Origin: an uncultured bacterium
GTDB lineage: Bacteria > Patescibacteriota > Patescibacteriia > CAIQCM01
Length of the DNA stretch: 64,000 nucleotides
NCBI GenBank assembly: GCA_963708045.1
Contig: OY970181.1
Span: forward strand, 387,740 to 451,739
Direction: 5' to 3'
The position numbers and the translations under genes were made by a program. This document shows positions 18,590 through 28,761 of this stretch, piece by piece; the stretch's first letter is position 1, and each line of letters opens with the position of its first letter. Below the pieces are notes generated by a model that was given only the letters and a program-made list of their open reading frames with translations, was not told where the DNA came from and searched no databases.

Positions 18590-18876
18590 AATAAGCGGCT
18601 CTAAATATAATGAAAGACGCATTTTGCGTCGGTGGGTTAATTTATCACTCGCGAGCTTCTTAGTCAACGTTTAACGCGATTTGCAATATACCCAGCCAAT
18701 TTTTTCATATTTCGTCCGGAAACCGCCATCTTGGGTTTTTTGTGTTTTTCTCTTCGCTCGGCCTTGGTAAGTAATATGTCATGTTTCATATAATAGGCGG
18801 TATTATGGACAACGTACCAAATAGTTGTCCATTGTATGTGGTATGTTGTCCATTTTTTATGTTATAATATCATTCT

Positions 18877-19599
18877 ATGGCAAAAAAAAGCCGAAAACAA
18901 TTGTGGTGGATATTGATCTTGGGGACAGTTTTTATTTTAATCGCTACTTTTGTTTTAAAAGTCTGGATCAATTATCGTCTTATTAAAACCGGCAACATTG
19001 ATTTAATTTCCGTAAACGAATCACGAGACAGGTTTACGCGCGGCACGGGCGCCGTCGGAGATGGAGCGGCACCACTTTGGGAAAAGGGAGTGCCTTTGCT
19101 TGGCGACGAGTCGGCGCCAATTCAACTCATTGAGTTTGCCGATTTCGGTTGTCCATTTTCAAAAGATGAAAGCTCGGTTTTGCGCGAATTGCTTATTAAA
19201 TATCCATCTATCTTCCGTCTGCAATTTAGAAATTTTCCGATTACCGAACTTCATCCTGGCGCTGACCTCGCGGCCGCGGCTGGCGTTTGCGCGAACGAAC
19301 AGGGTAAATTTTGGCCGATGCACGACAAACTTTTCGCCAATCAAGGTTTATTTATTGATACCGATCTAATAAAATTTGCTGGCAGTGTCGGTTTGGATGA
19401 AAATCGGTTTAAGAAATGTTTAACGTCTGCGGAAACGACGAAAAAGGTTACAAGCGACATTGGCGCGGGGAAAACGGGCGGCGTTACCGGAACCCCGACT
19501 TTCTTTATCTCTTTTGGAAAAGGAGCGCCGATTAAAATAGAGGGCGCCTTGCCGAGCGAAGTATGGGAAAAAATAAGATTGTTTTTTGTAAAAAAATAA
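18877..19599 (+). CDS. DsbA-like thioredoxin-fold oxidoreductase with CPFS (CxxS) active site, membrane-anchored
   Basis: N-terminal TM segment. EFADFGCPFSK in the position of the CPxC motif (second Cys replaced by Ser; codon TCA). DsbA/BdbD-like remainder. Confidence 0.65.
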   Translation: MAKKSRKQLWWILILGTVFILIATFVLKVWINYRLIKTGNIDLISVNESRDRFTRGTGAVGDGAAPLWEKGVPLLGDESAPIQLIEFADFGCPFSKDESSVLRELLIKYPSIFRLQFRNFPITELHPGADLAAAAGVCANEQGKFWPMHDKLFANQGLFIDTDLIKFAGSVGLDENRFKKCLTSAETTKKVTSDIGAGKTGGVTGTPTFFISFGKGAPIKIEGALPSEVWEKIRLFFVKK

Positions 19600-21158
19600 A
19601 ATTGTTTTCTGGTTTGCGCGTCGGCGTTGCTTTGGCCGCGCTGGTTTTTGTTTTTTTAGCGCCAGTCTTGGCAATGGCCGGCGTTACATCTACCGCTTGG
19701 ACCGACACGGAATGCGCCAAAATTGGCGGCGCTTGGCTGCCTACGGATGCTTCATCGCAAACTTTTGATTGCTTTGCCAAAGAAGTGCCGTCGCCGATAA
19801 TGATTTCCATTGGCAGTGTCTCTGGTACAACGACGCTCACCAAATACATCGCCGCCTTTTATAATTATATGGTTGCTGGCGCCGCTGTGCTCGCTGTAAT
19901 TTATATAATGATTGGCGGTTTCCAGATTCTTTATTCGGCTGGCGGCGGTGAGGTGGGGGAAGGGCGGAAAAAAATTACGAGCGCCGTTCTCGGGTTGGTG
20001 CTTATTTTCTGTTCCTACGTTCTTCTCCAGACGGTTAACCCCGCGCTTGTTAGTCTTCAGTCACCGCGGCTAAAACTTATTAAGGCGAGTTATCTGGATC
20101 AACTTACGCCGTCAAATGGCATTGGTAAGGGAAGCGCTTGTTGGACGGAAAGTGATGCCGAAGCTTGCAAAGCTGCTTGTGATAGCTGTATATGTAAAGT
20201 TCTAAAAGAACCACCGGCCGCGAAAATTGCTATTGGCATACCAATTGCGATGTTATCAATTTCGGCTGCCGTTGGTGGCGCCGCGGCAGGTATTGCCGCC
20301 GCGGGCGCGGCCAGTGGTGCCTCGATCGCCTCAGCTACCTTGAATATTTTAAGAGGTGGTGGGCGGGCAATTTGGGCCGCGACCAAGTTTGAATTTACCG
20401 TTGGAAAAGCGCTCGGCGGAACAGCTGGCGGCGTGGGTACTGTTGTTGGTGTTCCGTTGGCTGGGACTGCTTATTTAGCGAGCGAGCTTTGGGGTTCGGA
20501 TAAAAATAGTAAAGGCGAAAAAGGCGTCTGCTGGCCGTTTGCCAACCACGATATTGCCAAAGGTGAAATCTGCCAAGCCGGCGACAACCAAGGCTGTATT
20601 TCAAATTATTGTTTGACGATTGATGAATCGCTTGGAATTGGAATTTGCGCGGTGTTTGATGGCACGGTTGATTCGCTATGTAAAACGGAAAGCGATTGTA
20701 AAAAAATACAGGCTTCGGCCAAGTGTGTTACAACGGTTTCCGATGCTTATAAAAAATGCACCGACGGCGCGGTTGGTTCTCCTTGTGGCCAGGACGGAGA
20801 TTGTGCAAGCGGGTACAAATGCGATACCTCGCGATATGTTTGCGGCGGCGGTGGAGGTTTTGGAATCGGCGCGGTTTGTACTGGGAGCGCTGATTGCGCG
20901 GGTAGTAATTGCGCGATGCCTGGTGGATCAACAAAAGGAACCTGCGTGACCGGCACGCTCGGATCTTACTGTTATCGGGACAGCGATTGCAATAATGCGA
21001 CTAGTGGTTTGGTGTGTCTTGGTTATGACCTGAACACCGAAAGCAGACAGGGCGTCTGTGGTACGCCGACGCTTGATGGCGAATGTTTCTCAAATCACGA
21101 TTGTCCGACCGGCAGTCATTGCGCGATAGAAGATACCGGCGGCGTTTGCGTAAAATAA
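19563..21158 (+). CDS. secreted cysteine-rich protein with VirB2/TrbC-like hydrophobic hairpin and tandem 6-Cys modules
   Basis: Signal peptide with an AMA cleavage site. Two hydrophobic helices flank a GGGEVGEGRKK loop. Ala/Gly-rich segment. C-terminal repeats of the type C-x3-DC-x5-C-x6-C. More than 40 Cys in total. Overlaps the DsbA-like gene by 37 nt. Confidence 0.6.
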   Translation: MGKNKIVFCKKIKLFSGLRVGVALAALVFVFLAPVLAMAGVTSTAWTDTECAKIGGAWLPTDASSQTFDCFAKEVPSPIMISIGSVSGTTTLTKYIAAFYNYMVAGAAVLAVIYIMIGGFQILYSAGGGEVGEGRKKITSAVLGLVLIFCSYVLLQTVNPALVSLQSPRLKLIKASYLDQLTPSNGIGKGSACWTESDAEACKAACDSCICKVLKEPPAAKIAIGIPIAMLSISAAVGGAAAGIAAAGAASGASIASATLNILRGGGRAIWAATKFEFTVGKALGGTAGGVGTVVGVPLAGTAYLASELWGSDKNSKGEKGVCWPFANHDIAKGEICQAGDNQGCISNYCLTIDESLGIGICAVFDGTVDSLCKTESDCKKIQASAKCVTTVSDAYKKCTDGAVGSPCGQDGDCASGYKCDTSRYVCGGGGGFGIGAVCTGSADCAGSNCAMPGGSTKGTCVTGTLGSYCYRDSDCNNATSGLVCLGYDLNTESRQGVCGTPTLDGECFSNHDCPTGSHCAIEDTGGVCVK

Positions 21159-21170
21159 TAAAAATAGCTA

Positions 21171-21212
21171 AAAGCCGCAGCCCCCTCGGGGGGTTGCGGC
21201 TTTTGTGTTTTA
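21171..21212 (+). terminator. intrinsic terminator
   Basis: agccgcagccccc tcg gggggttgcggct plus T-run. Confidence 0.65.
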
Positions 21213-21289
21213 ATGATACGCTGTCCGTTCGCATGTCTTATGAAATAAGTTTTATGAATTTTGCATAAGACAGTCCGTCACAATATTTT

Positions 21290-24118
21290 ATGCAGGAAAA
21301 AATTTCTATCCGCGGGGCGCGGGTACATAATCTAAAAAACGTATCTTTGGATATTCCCAAAGGCAAGCTTGTCGTGATGACCGGACTTTCCGGTTCGGGC
21401 AAATCGTCGCTCGCTTTTGACACGGTTTTTGCCGAAGGTCAGCGCCGCTATATGGAATCGCTTTCGTCGTACGCGCGGCAATACCTTGAGCTTCAGGACA
21501 AACCCGACGTTGATGAAATTCGCGGCCTCTCGCCAACAATCGCGATTGACCAGCGATCCAGTTCGCAAAATCCGCGCTCAACCGTTGGCACGATCACCGA
21601 AGTTTATGATTTTTTGCGCGTTCTTTTTGCACGCGCCGGTTCGCCGCATTGTCACATTTGCGGACGCGTCGTTGCTGCGCAAACAACCGAGCAGGTTGCT
21701 GAACGGATTATTAAAGAAGCGGCCAAAGGAGAAATCATCGTACTCGCGCCGGTCGTTAAGGACGAGAAGGGCGAACATAAACATATTTTTCAAGATTTTG
21801 AAAAGAGCGGCGTAATGGAAGTGCAGATTGACGGCGAAATAAAAAGCACGGCGCAGGCAAAGAACGATCGGTTGGCTCGCGATCGCCGTCACGATATTTA
21901 CGCCGTCGTCGCGCGCCTCACAACGCCGCCCGAAATTTCTCGCGCCAAAATTATCGCGAGCCATGGCCTAGAATGGGGCGATGGCTTTGTTGAAGTAATG
22001 CACGTTGCCTCGGGTGCCGTCGTCAAACTGTCACGCGACCTAATGTGCTCCAATTGCGGCGTTTCTTTGCCGACCGTTGAGCCGCGCTTGTTTTCGTTTA
22101 ACAATCCGCAAGGCGCTTGCGCCGCTTGTACTGGTCTTGGAATTAAATTGGTTTTTGTTCCTGATTTGGTTATTCCCAACCCCAAACTTACGATCGCGCA
22201 GGGCGCGGTCAAACCTTGGATGCGCATTGCCGGAAATCGCGAAATAAATCTCGCGCTTATTGAAGAAGTCGGCAAGCGCTATGGCTTCTCCGCCAATTTG
22301 CCGATTTCAGAATTTCCCAAAAAAGCGATGGATATTCTGCTCTATGGCACGGACGGCGAAAAATATACCGTTTCGGGAAAAGAAGAAATGTTTGAAGGCG
22401 TGATTCCGAGCCTAGAGGCGCGTTATCGCGAAACCGATTCCGACTATGTGCGAAAAGAGCTGGAAGAATATATGCAGACGCTCATTTGTCCGGCGTGTAA
22501 CGGTCGCCGCTTGCGACCGGAGGCGCTTGCGGTGCGTTTTGCCGATCGCAATATTTCTGAAATTGTTAAAATGCCGATTGACGAAGCGTCTAAATTCTTT
22601 TCCGAAATCAGCCGTCTTACAAACGGCAAAAAAATCGGCTTGGACGATGATGGACTTAAAATTGCGAAGCCAGCAGCCAAAGAAATTGCCGCTCGGCTTA
22701 CATATTTGCTTGATGTCGGACTTGGTTATTTAACTCTGGATCGTTCGGCCGTGACGCTTTCGGGCGGCGAAGCCCAGCGTGTGCGGCTTTCTACTCAACT
22801 CGGCACGTCGCTTTCCGGTGTCATTTACATTTTGGACGAGCCGTCCATCGGGTTGCATCCAGCTGACACTGACAAGCTCATTCTCGCGATGCGCAAGCTA
22901 AAAGATATGGGCAACTCGGTCATCGTTGTTGAACACGACGATGCCACCATTCGCGCCGCTGATTATCTGATTGACGTGGGACCGGGCGCGGGGGAATACG
23001 GCGGCGAAATTGTCGCCGAAGGCACAGTCGCGCAGGTCATAAAAAATCCCAAGTCATTAACGGGCGCGTATCTTTCTGGAAAAAAATTTATTGCCCCGCC
23101 AGTTGCGTATCGCAAAGGAAACGGCAAAGCGCTTACCGTTCTTGGCGCCGAAGAATTTAATTTGAAAAAAATAGACGCGAAAATTCCGCTTGGAAAACTT
23201 GTTACCGTGACCGGCGTTTCCGGTTCGGGCAAGTCCACGCTCATTTTGGATATTTTAGGGAAAGCGCTTTCCGCCAAACTGCATCGCGCTCGCGAACTTC
23301 CCGGAAAACACAAAGCAATAAAAGGAATAGAAAATATTGATAAGGTCGTGGCCGTTGACCAGTCGCCGATTGGCCGCACGCCGCGCTCCAACCCAGCCAC
23401 TTACACTGGTGTCTTTACGGCGATTCGCGATCTCTTTACTGAAATTCCCGAAGCCAAAGCCAAAGGTTATGACGCCGGAAAATTCTCCTTTAACGTTAAA
23501 GGTGGCGGCCGTTGCGAAGCGTGTTCGGGCGAAGGCTATGTGCAAATAGAAATGTTTTTTTTGCCCGACGTATTTATTGAATGCAAAGAATGCCGCGGTC
23601 GGCGCTATAATCGCGAAGCGCTGGAAGTGCACTACAAGGACAAAAATATCGCCGACGTGCTGGATATGACGGTAGAAGAAGCGCGCCGTTTCTTTTCGGA
23701 CACGCCTTCTATTTCCGACAAACTGGGCGTGCTTGCCGAAGTTGGGCTTGGATATTTGCGTCTGGGACAGCCGGCAAATACGCTCTCGGGCGGCGAAGCG
23801 CAGCGCGTTAAACTCGCGACCGAATTGTCGCGTCGCGAAACCGGCCGCACCGTTTATATTTTGGACGAACCAACAACTGGTCTTCACTTTGATGACATTA
23901 AACGTTTGCTTGAAGTGCTAAATCGTTTGGTTGAAAAAGGTAACACCGTCGTTGTAATTGAACACAATTTGGACGTTATCAAGTGTTCTGACTGGGTGAT
24001 TGATATGGGGCCCGAAGGCGGCGCGCGCGGTGGCGAAATTGTCGCCGAAGGCACGCCTAAGGAAGTCGCGAAGAACGCTAAAAGCGTGACGGGGAAGTAC
24101 TTGAAGGGGAGTCTATAA
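21290..24118 (+). CDS. uvrA: excinuclease ABC subunit A
   Basis: Two ABC ATPase modules (GLSGSGKSS / GVSGSGKST). Zinc-finger CxxC motifs. LSGGEAQRV signatures. 942 aa. Confidence 0.95.
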   Translation: MQEKISIRGARVHNLKNVSLDIPKGKLVVMTGLSGSGKSSLAFDTVFAEGQRRYMESLSSYARQYLELQDKPDVDEIRGLSPTIAIDQRSSSQNPRSTVGTITEVYDFLRVLFARAGSPHCHICGRVVAAQTTEQVAERIIKEAAKGEIIVLAPVVKDEKGEHKHIFQDFEKSGVMEVQIDGEIKSTAQAKNDRLARDRRHDIYAVVARLTTPPEISRAKIIASHGLEWGDGFVEVMHVASGAVVKLSRDLMCSNCGVSLPTVEPRLFSFNNPQGACAACTGLGIKLVFVPDLVIPNPKLTIAQGAVKPWMRIAGNREINLALIEEVGKRYGFSANLPISEFPKKAMDILLYGTDGEKYTVSGKEEMFEGVIPSLEARYRETDSDYVRKELEEYMQTLICPACNGRRLRPEALAVRFADRNISEIVKMPIDEASKFFSEISRLTNGKKIGLDDDGLKIAKPAAKEIAARLTYLLDVGLGYLTLDRSAVTLSGGEAQRVRLSTQLGTSLSGVIYILDEPSIGLHPADTDKLILAMRKLKDMGNSVIVVEHDDATIRAADYLIDVGPGAGEYGGEIVAEGTVAQVIKNPKSLTGAYLSGKKFIAPPVAYRKGNGKALTVLGAEEFNLKKIDAKIPLGKLVTVTGVSGSGKSTLILDILGKALSAKLHRARELPGKHKAIKGIENIDKVVAVDQSPIGRTPRSNPATYTGVFTAIRDLFTEIPEAKAKGYDAGKFSFNVKGGGRCEACSGEGYVQIEMFFLPDVFIECKECRGRRYNREALEVHYKDKNIADVLDMTVEEARRFFSDTPSISDKLGVLAEVGLGYLRLGQPANTLSGGEAQRVKLATELSRRETGRTVYILDEPTTGLHFDDIKRLLEVLNRLVEKGNTVVVIEHNLDVIKCSDWVIDMGPEGGARGGEIVAEGTPKEVAKNAKSVTGKYLKGSL

Positions 24119-24138
24119 GAGGTGTATATTGTTTTGGT

Positions 24139-24471
24139 ATGGAAGACGCATCAAAAAATGAAATACTAGAAGCCATCGGCGAGTTCTCTAATCGGGTAGA
24201 GCAGCGTTTTGATAAGATTGAGGATAGATTGGGAAGTGTTGAGAATAGGCTTGAGAAAGTTGAGAATAAACTAGGGAAAGTTGAGGCTGTTATGGTCACC
24301 AAGGATTATCTTGATGACAAGTTGTTGGATATGAAAGGTGATATGGTTGTGATGATGCGCAAAGAAGACGAGAAGGTTAAAATGCTAGTGCAAATTCTTC
24401 AACGAAAAAATTTATTGAACGACGCCGAGGCTAAACTGATTTTTGCCCTTGAACCGTTTCCCAACCGCTAA
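24139..24471 (+). CDS. hypothetical coiled-coil protein
   Basis: 110 aa with heptad-rich segment RLGSVENRLEKVENKLGKVEAV. Confidence 0.4.
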   Translation: MEDASKNEILEAIGEFSNRVEQRFDKIEDRLGSVENRLEKVENKLGKVEAVMVTKDYLDDKLLDMKGDMVVMMRKEDEKVKMLVQILQRKNLLNDAEAKLIFALEPFPNR

Positions 24472-24556
24472 AAACCCAAACTCAAATATTAAACCCCCTG
24501 CTTATTGCAGGGGGTTTGTGATAGCAGTTGTTTTCATAAAATGATAAAATCATTTT

Positions 24557-25045
24557 ATGAAGCGCAAAGCCTTTACGTTAATTGAACTTTTGGTCGTGCT
24601 TGCGATTATTGGTTTGCTTTCCACGATTGCGATAATCTCGCTTTCAACCGCACGAAGGCAATCAAGGAACGTCAGACGGATTGCTGACGCCAAACAGCTT
24701 GTGACGGCTTTTGGTTTAGGTCTTGATGCTAGCGCGACAGGCCAATATCCTTCAACTGGCGGCGACGTGTGGAAATGCATTGGTTCAGTGTGCACTGGCG
24801 GTTGGGCGGTACTCCCCGCAAGTGCGACAGTAGACGCCTTCTTTACGCCTTTTATGGCCAAGCCAACTGATCCTGATGATAAAAATGCGCGTTGTTGCGA
24901 AGGTTATATATATAATGGGGCATTTGCTGTGAATGGAGGATTGCCGACCATTGAATATTTGTTAGAATTTCCTGCCACGTGCGGCATTGGAAAAATGTAT
25001 GGTACAACTGCTACCTATGTGTCCTGTATCGTGGGACTTAATTGA
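24557..25045 (+). CDS. type IV pilin-like protein
   Basis: MKRKAFTLIELLVVLAIIGLLSTIAIISL. TGA stop followed by terminator 25100-25140. Confidence 0.75.
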   Translation: MKRKAFTLIELLVVLAIIGLLSTIAIISLSTARRQSRNVRRIADAKQLVTAFGLGLDASATGQYPSTGGDVWKCIGSVCTGGWAVLPASATVDAFFTPFMAKPTDPDDKNARCCEGYIYNGAFAVNGGLPTIEYLLEFPATCGIGKMYGTTATYVSCIVGLN

Positions 25046-25099
25046 TATTTGTTTTCTTTTATCTTTTTTCTTCCCCAATTAAGCACTATAATTTCTGAA

Positions 25100-25140
25100 T
25101 AAAAAAATCCTCCCCGCTTTTGGCGGGGAGGATTTTTAAA
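25100..25140. terminator. bidirectional intrinsic terminator
   Basis: atcctccccgc ttttg gcggggaggat flanked by A-run and T-run. Confidence 0.65.
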
Positions 25141-25141
25141 A

Positions 25142-25558
25142 TTACTGAAGGGATTTTTCCTTAAGCTTCTTGGTATAGTTTTTGATGTTGTAAAGTTTGG
25201 CGCGGCGAACCTTGGCTTGCTTGACCGGCTCAACGTTTACGATTGTCGGAAGATCCATTGGGTAGATTTTTTCAACGCCGATGCCGTATGATTCTTTTCT
25301 AACGGTAAAAGTGCGCGAAACGCCGGCGCCGCGGATGCCGATAATGATGCCTTCAAAAATCTGAACGCGCTCTTTTTCTTCGCCCTTTGGCGTGATTTCG
25401 CGAATCTTTTGGTGAACCTTAACCGTCATGCCAGGTTTAATATCCCAGCGGCGTTTTCCCGCGGGTTTCGCGGTTTCGGCCGGTGCGGTAACGGTGGTTT
25501 CGGTTGAATTTTGTTTGGTTTCTTCCATATAAATAACCCCGTTTCCGGGGGAAGTCAT
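25142..25558 (-). CDS. rplS: 50S ribosomal protein L19 (with N-terminal extension)
   Basis: RVQIFEGIIIGIRGAGVSRTFTVRKESYGIGVEKIYPMDLPTI matches the L19 core. ~50-aa N-terminal extension; start codon is uncertain. Confidence 0.8.
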   Translation of the reverse strand: MTSPGNGVIYMEETKQNSTETTVTAPAETAKPAGKRRWDIKPGMTVKVHQKIREITPKGEEKERVQIFEGIIIGIRGAGVSRTFTVRKESYGIGVEKIYPMDLPTIVNVEPVKQAKVRRAKLYNIKNYTKKLKEKSLQ

Positions 25559-25610
25559 TAGTGGTTAAAAGTATACACAAACCGCCAAATCTTGGCAATA
25601 CCCCCTTATA

Positions 25611-26159
25611 TTATGCGTTACTTGGCAACGCCGCCATAATTTTGTCAGCGTTTTCCATTGGGCCTTTGGCGTTGGTCGTGTCCAAGACAAAATCAAAATG
25701 GCTCGGGTCAAAGCATTTTTCCACGCCATAAAGACGCTTAAATTTTTGCACAAAACGTTGAACGCGTTCTGCGTTTATTTTTTTGGTGTCGCGAACGGTG
25801 GCGTAATTTGGCTCGTCTGGCCGGTTGCCGTATTTTTGGTCGGAAAAAATTCGGCGTGCGCCTTCGTTTTCGTCGCAAGTAACGAGAATTTTAAAAGATT
25901 TGGGAATTAGAAACCATGCAAGCTTGCCTTCAACAATAATATTGTCTTCGGTTTCGCCTAATTTTTTTTGATAATTATCTATTAAAATATCGGCCTCGTC
26001 GCCGCCTGACATAAGCTCGTCAATGGTTAGGCCTTTATTTTTTGCGATAATACCAAGACGGTCGCCAGCCGAAATAAGCGTATAGTTAAGACGCTTGGCA
26101 AGTTCTTTGGCAACCGAAGTTTTTCCCGAACCGGGCGTGCCAGCGATAGTTATTATCAT
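25611..26159 (-). CDS. cmk: cytidylate kinase (archaeal/AAA-type Cmk family)
   Basis: P-loop IAGTPGSGKTSVAKELAKRL, VEGKLAWF, and Cytidylate_kin2-like layout. Confidence 0.6.
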   Translation of the reverse strand: MIITIAGTPGSGKTSVAKELAKRLNYTLISAGDRLGIIAKNKGLTIDELMSGGDEADILIDNYQKKLGETEDNIIVEGKLAWFLIPKSFKILVTCDENEGARRIFSDQKYGNRPDEPNYATVRDTKKINAERVQRFVQKFKRLYGVEKCFDPSHFDFVLDTTNAKGPMENADKIMAALPSNA

Positions 26160-26160
26160 A

Positions 26161-26246
26161 GGTGTTAGGTTTCAGGTGTTAGGTTTTAGGTTTAGGGCGT
26201 CGGGTTGTCCCCTGACACCTTGAACCTTTAACCTAAAACCTAGGGG
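26161..26246. repeat. long imperfect palindrome built from ttaggt/ttaggg words
   Basis: aggtgttaggtttcaggtgttaggttttaggtttagggcgtcggg / cccctgacaccttgaacctttaacctaaaacctagg. Confidence 0.5.
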
Positions 26247-27106
26247 ATGTTAGTAAATTCTGGTGGCATTTCAGATTCATACGATACCTCGTTTCCGTTT
26301 AAATCAACAAATCCGATTTTGGAAGCGTGGAGAAGGAGGCGTTTTGGTTTAAGCCCTGCTTTGGTTGGAGCGTAGAGCGCGTCGCCGGCAATCGGGTGGC
26401 TGATAAATTTTAAGTGCACGCGGATTTGGTGCATTCTTCCAGTTTCGGTGATTATTTTTAGCAAAGTTGATTTTTTGCCGCGGCGCAAAACTTCATAATG
26501 CGTAACCGAGGCCAGGCCGTCTTCTTTAACCGCCATTTTTCCTTTGCGATTTCGGCCAAGCGGCTCGTTAATCGTTCCTGCTTCAAGTTTGGTTGACCCA
26601 AGGACAACGGCGCAATATTCTTTTTTAATTTTGTGATCGGCAAATTGTTTTTTAAAGTAATCGTAGGCTTTTTGCGTTTTAGCGGCGATCATTAAGCCGG
26701 AAACGTCGCGGTCAAGACGGTGAACAATGCCTGGGCGGTGCGGCTCGCCGACTTCGCGAATGGGCGGAAAATAATTCAGGAGAAGGTTTACGAGCGTGCC
26801 CTTGTGTCTCGTCGCGGTTGCGTGAACGGTAAGGCCGGCGGGTTTTTCAAGGATGATATAGTCTTTTGTTTCGGCAATTATTTTGAGCAGTCCGTCTTCG
26901 GCTGGAAGCTCCGAGGCGTCCGCGGGAAGAGTATTAATTTCATCGCCCGCCTTTAAGCGAATGCCGCCGCCTGCCGGTTTGCCGTTAAGGCTGGTTTCGT
27001 TTCGGCGAATGATATGCTGAACCGCCGAGCGGGTTATACCAAGCGCTTCGGCTAAATAGACGTCTAGCCGCTTTTTTGAATTTTGTTGATCAATTATGAA
27101 TTTCAT
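26240..27106 (-). CDS. RluA-family 23S rRNA pseudouridine synthase (RluD-like, S4 domain)
   Basis: N-terminal S4-like region and catalytic HRLDRDVSGLM motif. Confidence 0.8.
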   Translation of the reverse strand: MKFIIDQQNSKKRLDVYLAEALGITRSAVQHIIRRNETSLNGKPAGGGIRLKAGDEINTLPADASELPAEDGLLKIIAETKDYIILEKPAGLTVHATATRHKGTLVNLLLNYFPPIREVGEPHRPGIVHRLDRDVSGLMIAAKTQKAYDYFKKQFADHKIKKEYCAVVLGSTKLEAGTINEPLGRNRKGKMAVKEDGLASVTHYEVLRRGKKSTLLKIITETGRMHQIRVHLKFISHPIAGDALYAPTKAGLKPKRLLLHASKIGFVDLNGNEVSYESEMPPEFTNIP

Positions 27107-27186
27107 TTTTTAAACTTTTAACTTTTAGCTTTTAACTTTTAGGTGGCTAACTAAAAGTTAACAGTTAACAGTTAAAAGTTTTTAAC
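27107..27186. repeat. long imperfect palindrome built from cttttaa/ttaaaag words
   Basis: aaacttttaacttttagcttttaacttttaggtgg / ctaactaaaagttaacagttaacagttaaaagttt. Confidence 0.5.
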
Positions 27187-28701
27187 AAACTTCTCCGCCT
27201 CTTTTGCTGTTTTAATTTTTCCTTCCAATTGCGCTTCGCGAAGGGCGGCAATTAGTTTGCCGACTTCTTCGCCGGGCTCTAGTCCGGTTATTTTCATTAT
27301 CCGACAACCATCAATCAATGGCGGCGGTAATTTTTTACCCGCGCCCATTGCGGCGAGCTCATCAATTCTTTTCACGAGCAGGTCAAGATGTTTCAGGTGG
27401 TCGGGTTTCATTCCGCCATCCGGAATCGTTGCCATTGAGTCGGCGTATATTACCATTAAAAGCTCGCGGCCGGGAAGGTTGGGATTAAAGAAATATTTTT
27501 CCAGCGTGCTCGGGCGAATGTCGTCAATATTGCCATGAACGGTAAAAAGGTGGTGGTGGATGATCCAGCCAATGTTGTCCGGAGAAACGCCGATGTCTTC
27601 GGGCGCGGAAAACGTCAGTCGCTTGGCAATCGCTTCAGTCATTTCCGCGCCAACGCGGTCGTGGCCGTTGTAGCGAATGCGGTCGGTGCCGTCGCGTTCC
27701 GGTGTTTGAATTGTCGCCGGTTTTCCAAGATCGTGGAACAGTGTCGCCATTATAACGAGCGGCGATGGCGTTTCATTGTCAAAATATTTTTTAAATCCTG
27801 GCTTATAAAGCTCGGCAAGGGCGAGTCGCGTGTGCGCCCAAACGTCGCCTTCGCTGTGAAAGTTAGTTGGTTGAGGACAACCGCGCATTGTGAGAAGCTC
27901 CGGCATCAGGTTGTCGGTCGCCGTGGTTTCGTAAAAAAGATCAAAGGCGCGCGCGGGATCGGCAATAAATGATTTTAGTATTTCGCGGGCAATCGTTTCT
28001 GTGGAAATAACGCGAACGTTTCCTTCGCGAGTGGAACGGAAGTCGTTTAAATTTTTCATAAAAACGCGCATCGCGGTCAGGGTGTCGTTATCAATCGCAA
28101 AGCCAAGCTGAACGGAAAAACGAATGCCGCGCAAAATGCGCGAGTAGTCTTCGCGAAAACGTTCCTCGGGTCGGCCGACTGTGCGGATTATTTTTTCTTT
28201 TAAATCAGCTTGTCCGTTAAAGGGATCAATCAGCATCGGTTTTGGATAAAGACGATAAGCCATCGCGTTAACCGTAAAATCGCGCCGCGCCAAGTCATCT
28301 TCAATTTTTAAATTTGGGTCGGAAGAAACTTCTACGTCGCGATAACCGCCTTCATTAAACGAGTGCTCGGTACGAGGAAGGGCAATGTCCAACGCCCGCC
28401 CAGAATTTTGTCGCGGTTTTGCTTCAACCGATTTTGGCACAAACTTCCATACGCCAAAACGTTTGCCAACAAGGTTGACTGTGCCATGCGTTTTTAAAAA
28501 TTTTTCAAGCGCCGTGGGTGTTACGCCACGAACGACAATGTCAAAATCTTTGCTTCCGTCACGGTTAAGGAGTGCGTCGCGCACCGAGCCGCCGACCAAA
28601 AAGATCTCGCCTTTTTTAAAGCGGGTTTTAAAAGCTCCGACGAGCGTGCGGAGCGGTTCCTTGCGTCCGAGGGCGGAAAGTTTGGCTAGCTTCTTGTCCA
28701 T
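27172..28701 (-). CDS. cca: CCA-adding tRNA nucleotidyltransferase / poly(A) polymerase family with HD domain
   Basis: GGSVRDALLNR...DFDIVV head domain and HD motif (HDLGK). Confidence 0.75.
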   Translation of the reverse strand: MDKKLAKLSALGRKEPLRTLVGAFKTRFKKGEIFLVGGSVRDALLNRDGSKDFDIVVRGVTPTALEKFLKTHGTVNLVGKRFGVWKFVPKSVEAKPRQNSGRALDIALPRTEHSFNEGGYRDVEVSSDPNLKIEDDLARRDFTVNAMAYRLYPKPMLIDPFNGQADLKEKIIRTVGRPEERFREDYSRILRGIRFSVQLGFAIDNDTLTAMRVFMKNLNDFRSTREGNVRVISTETIAREILKSFIADPARAFDLFYETTATDNLMPELLTMRGCPQPTNFHSEGDVWAHTRLALAELYKPGFKKYFDNETPSPLVIMATLFHDLGKPATIQTPERDGTDRIRYNGHDRVGAEMTEAIAKRLTFSAPEDIGVSPDNIGWIIHHHLFTVHGNIDDIRPSTLEKYFFNPNLPGRELLMVIYADSMATIPDGGMKPDHLKHLDLLVKRIDELAAMGAGKKLPPPLIDGCRIMKITGLEPGEEVGKLIAALREAQLEGKIKTAKEAEKFVKNF

Positions 28702-28761
28702 ACTTATATGTTACGTAAAAAAGCGAACGCCGACCAGAGAGCGAACTCGGTGGTCGGCGGT

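Noticed and set aside
21306-23887. Numerous antisense or alternative-frame ORFs inside uvrA (e.g. 21578..21964 -, 23255..23887 -), and similar ones inside valS, hsdR, rnj and the BNR protein.
   Set aside because: They lie fully within long, well-supported genes, and they lack motifs and RBS. They are frame-shadow ORFs.
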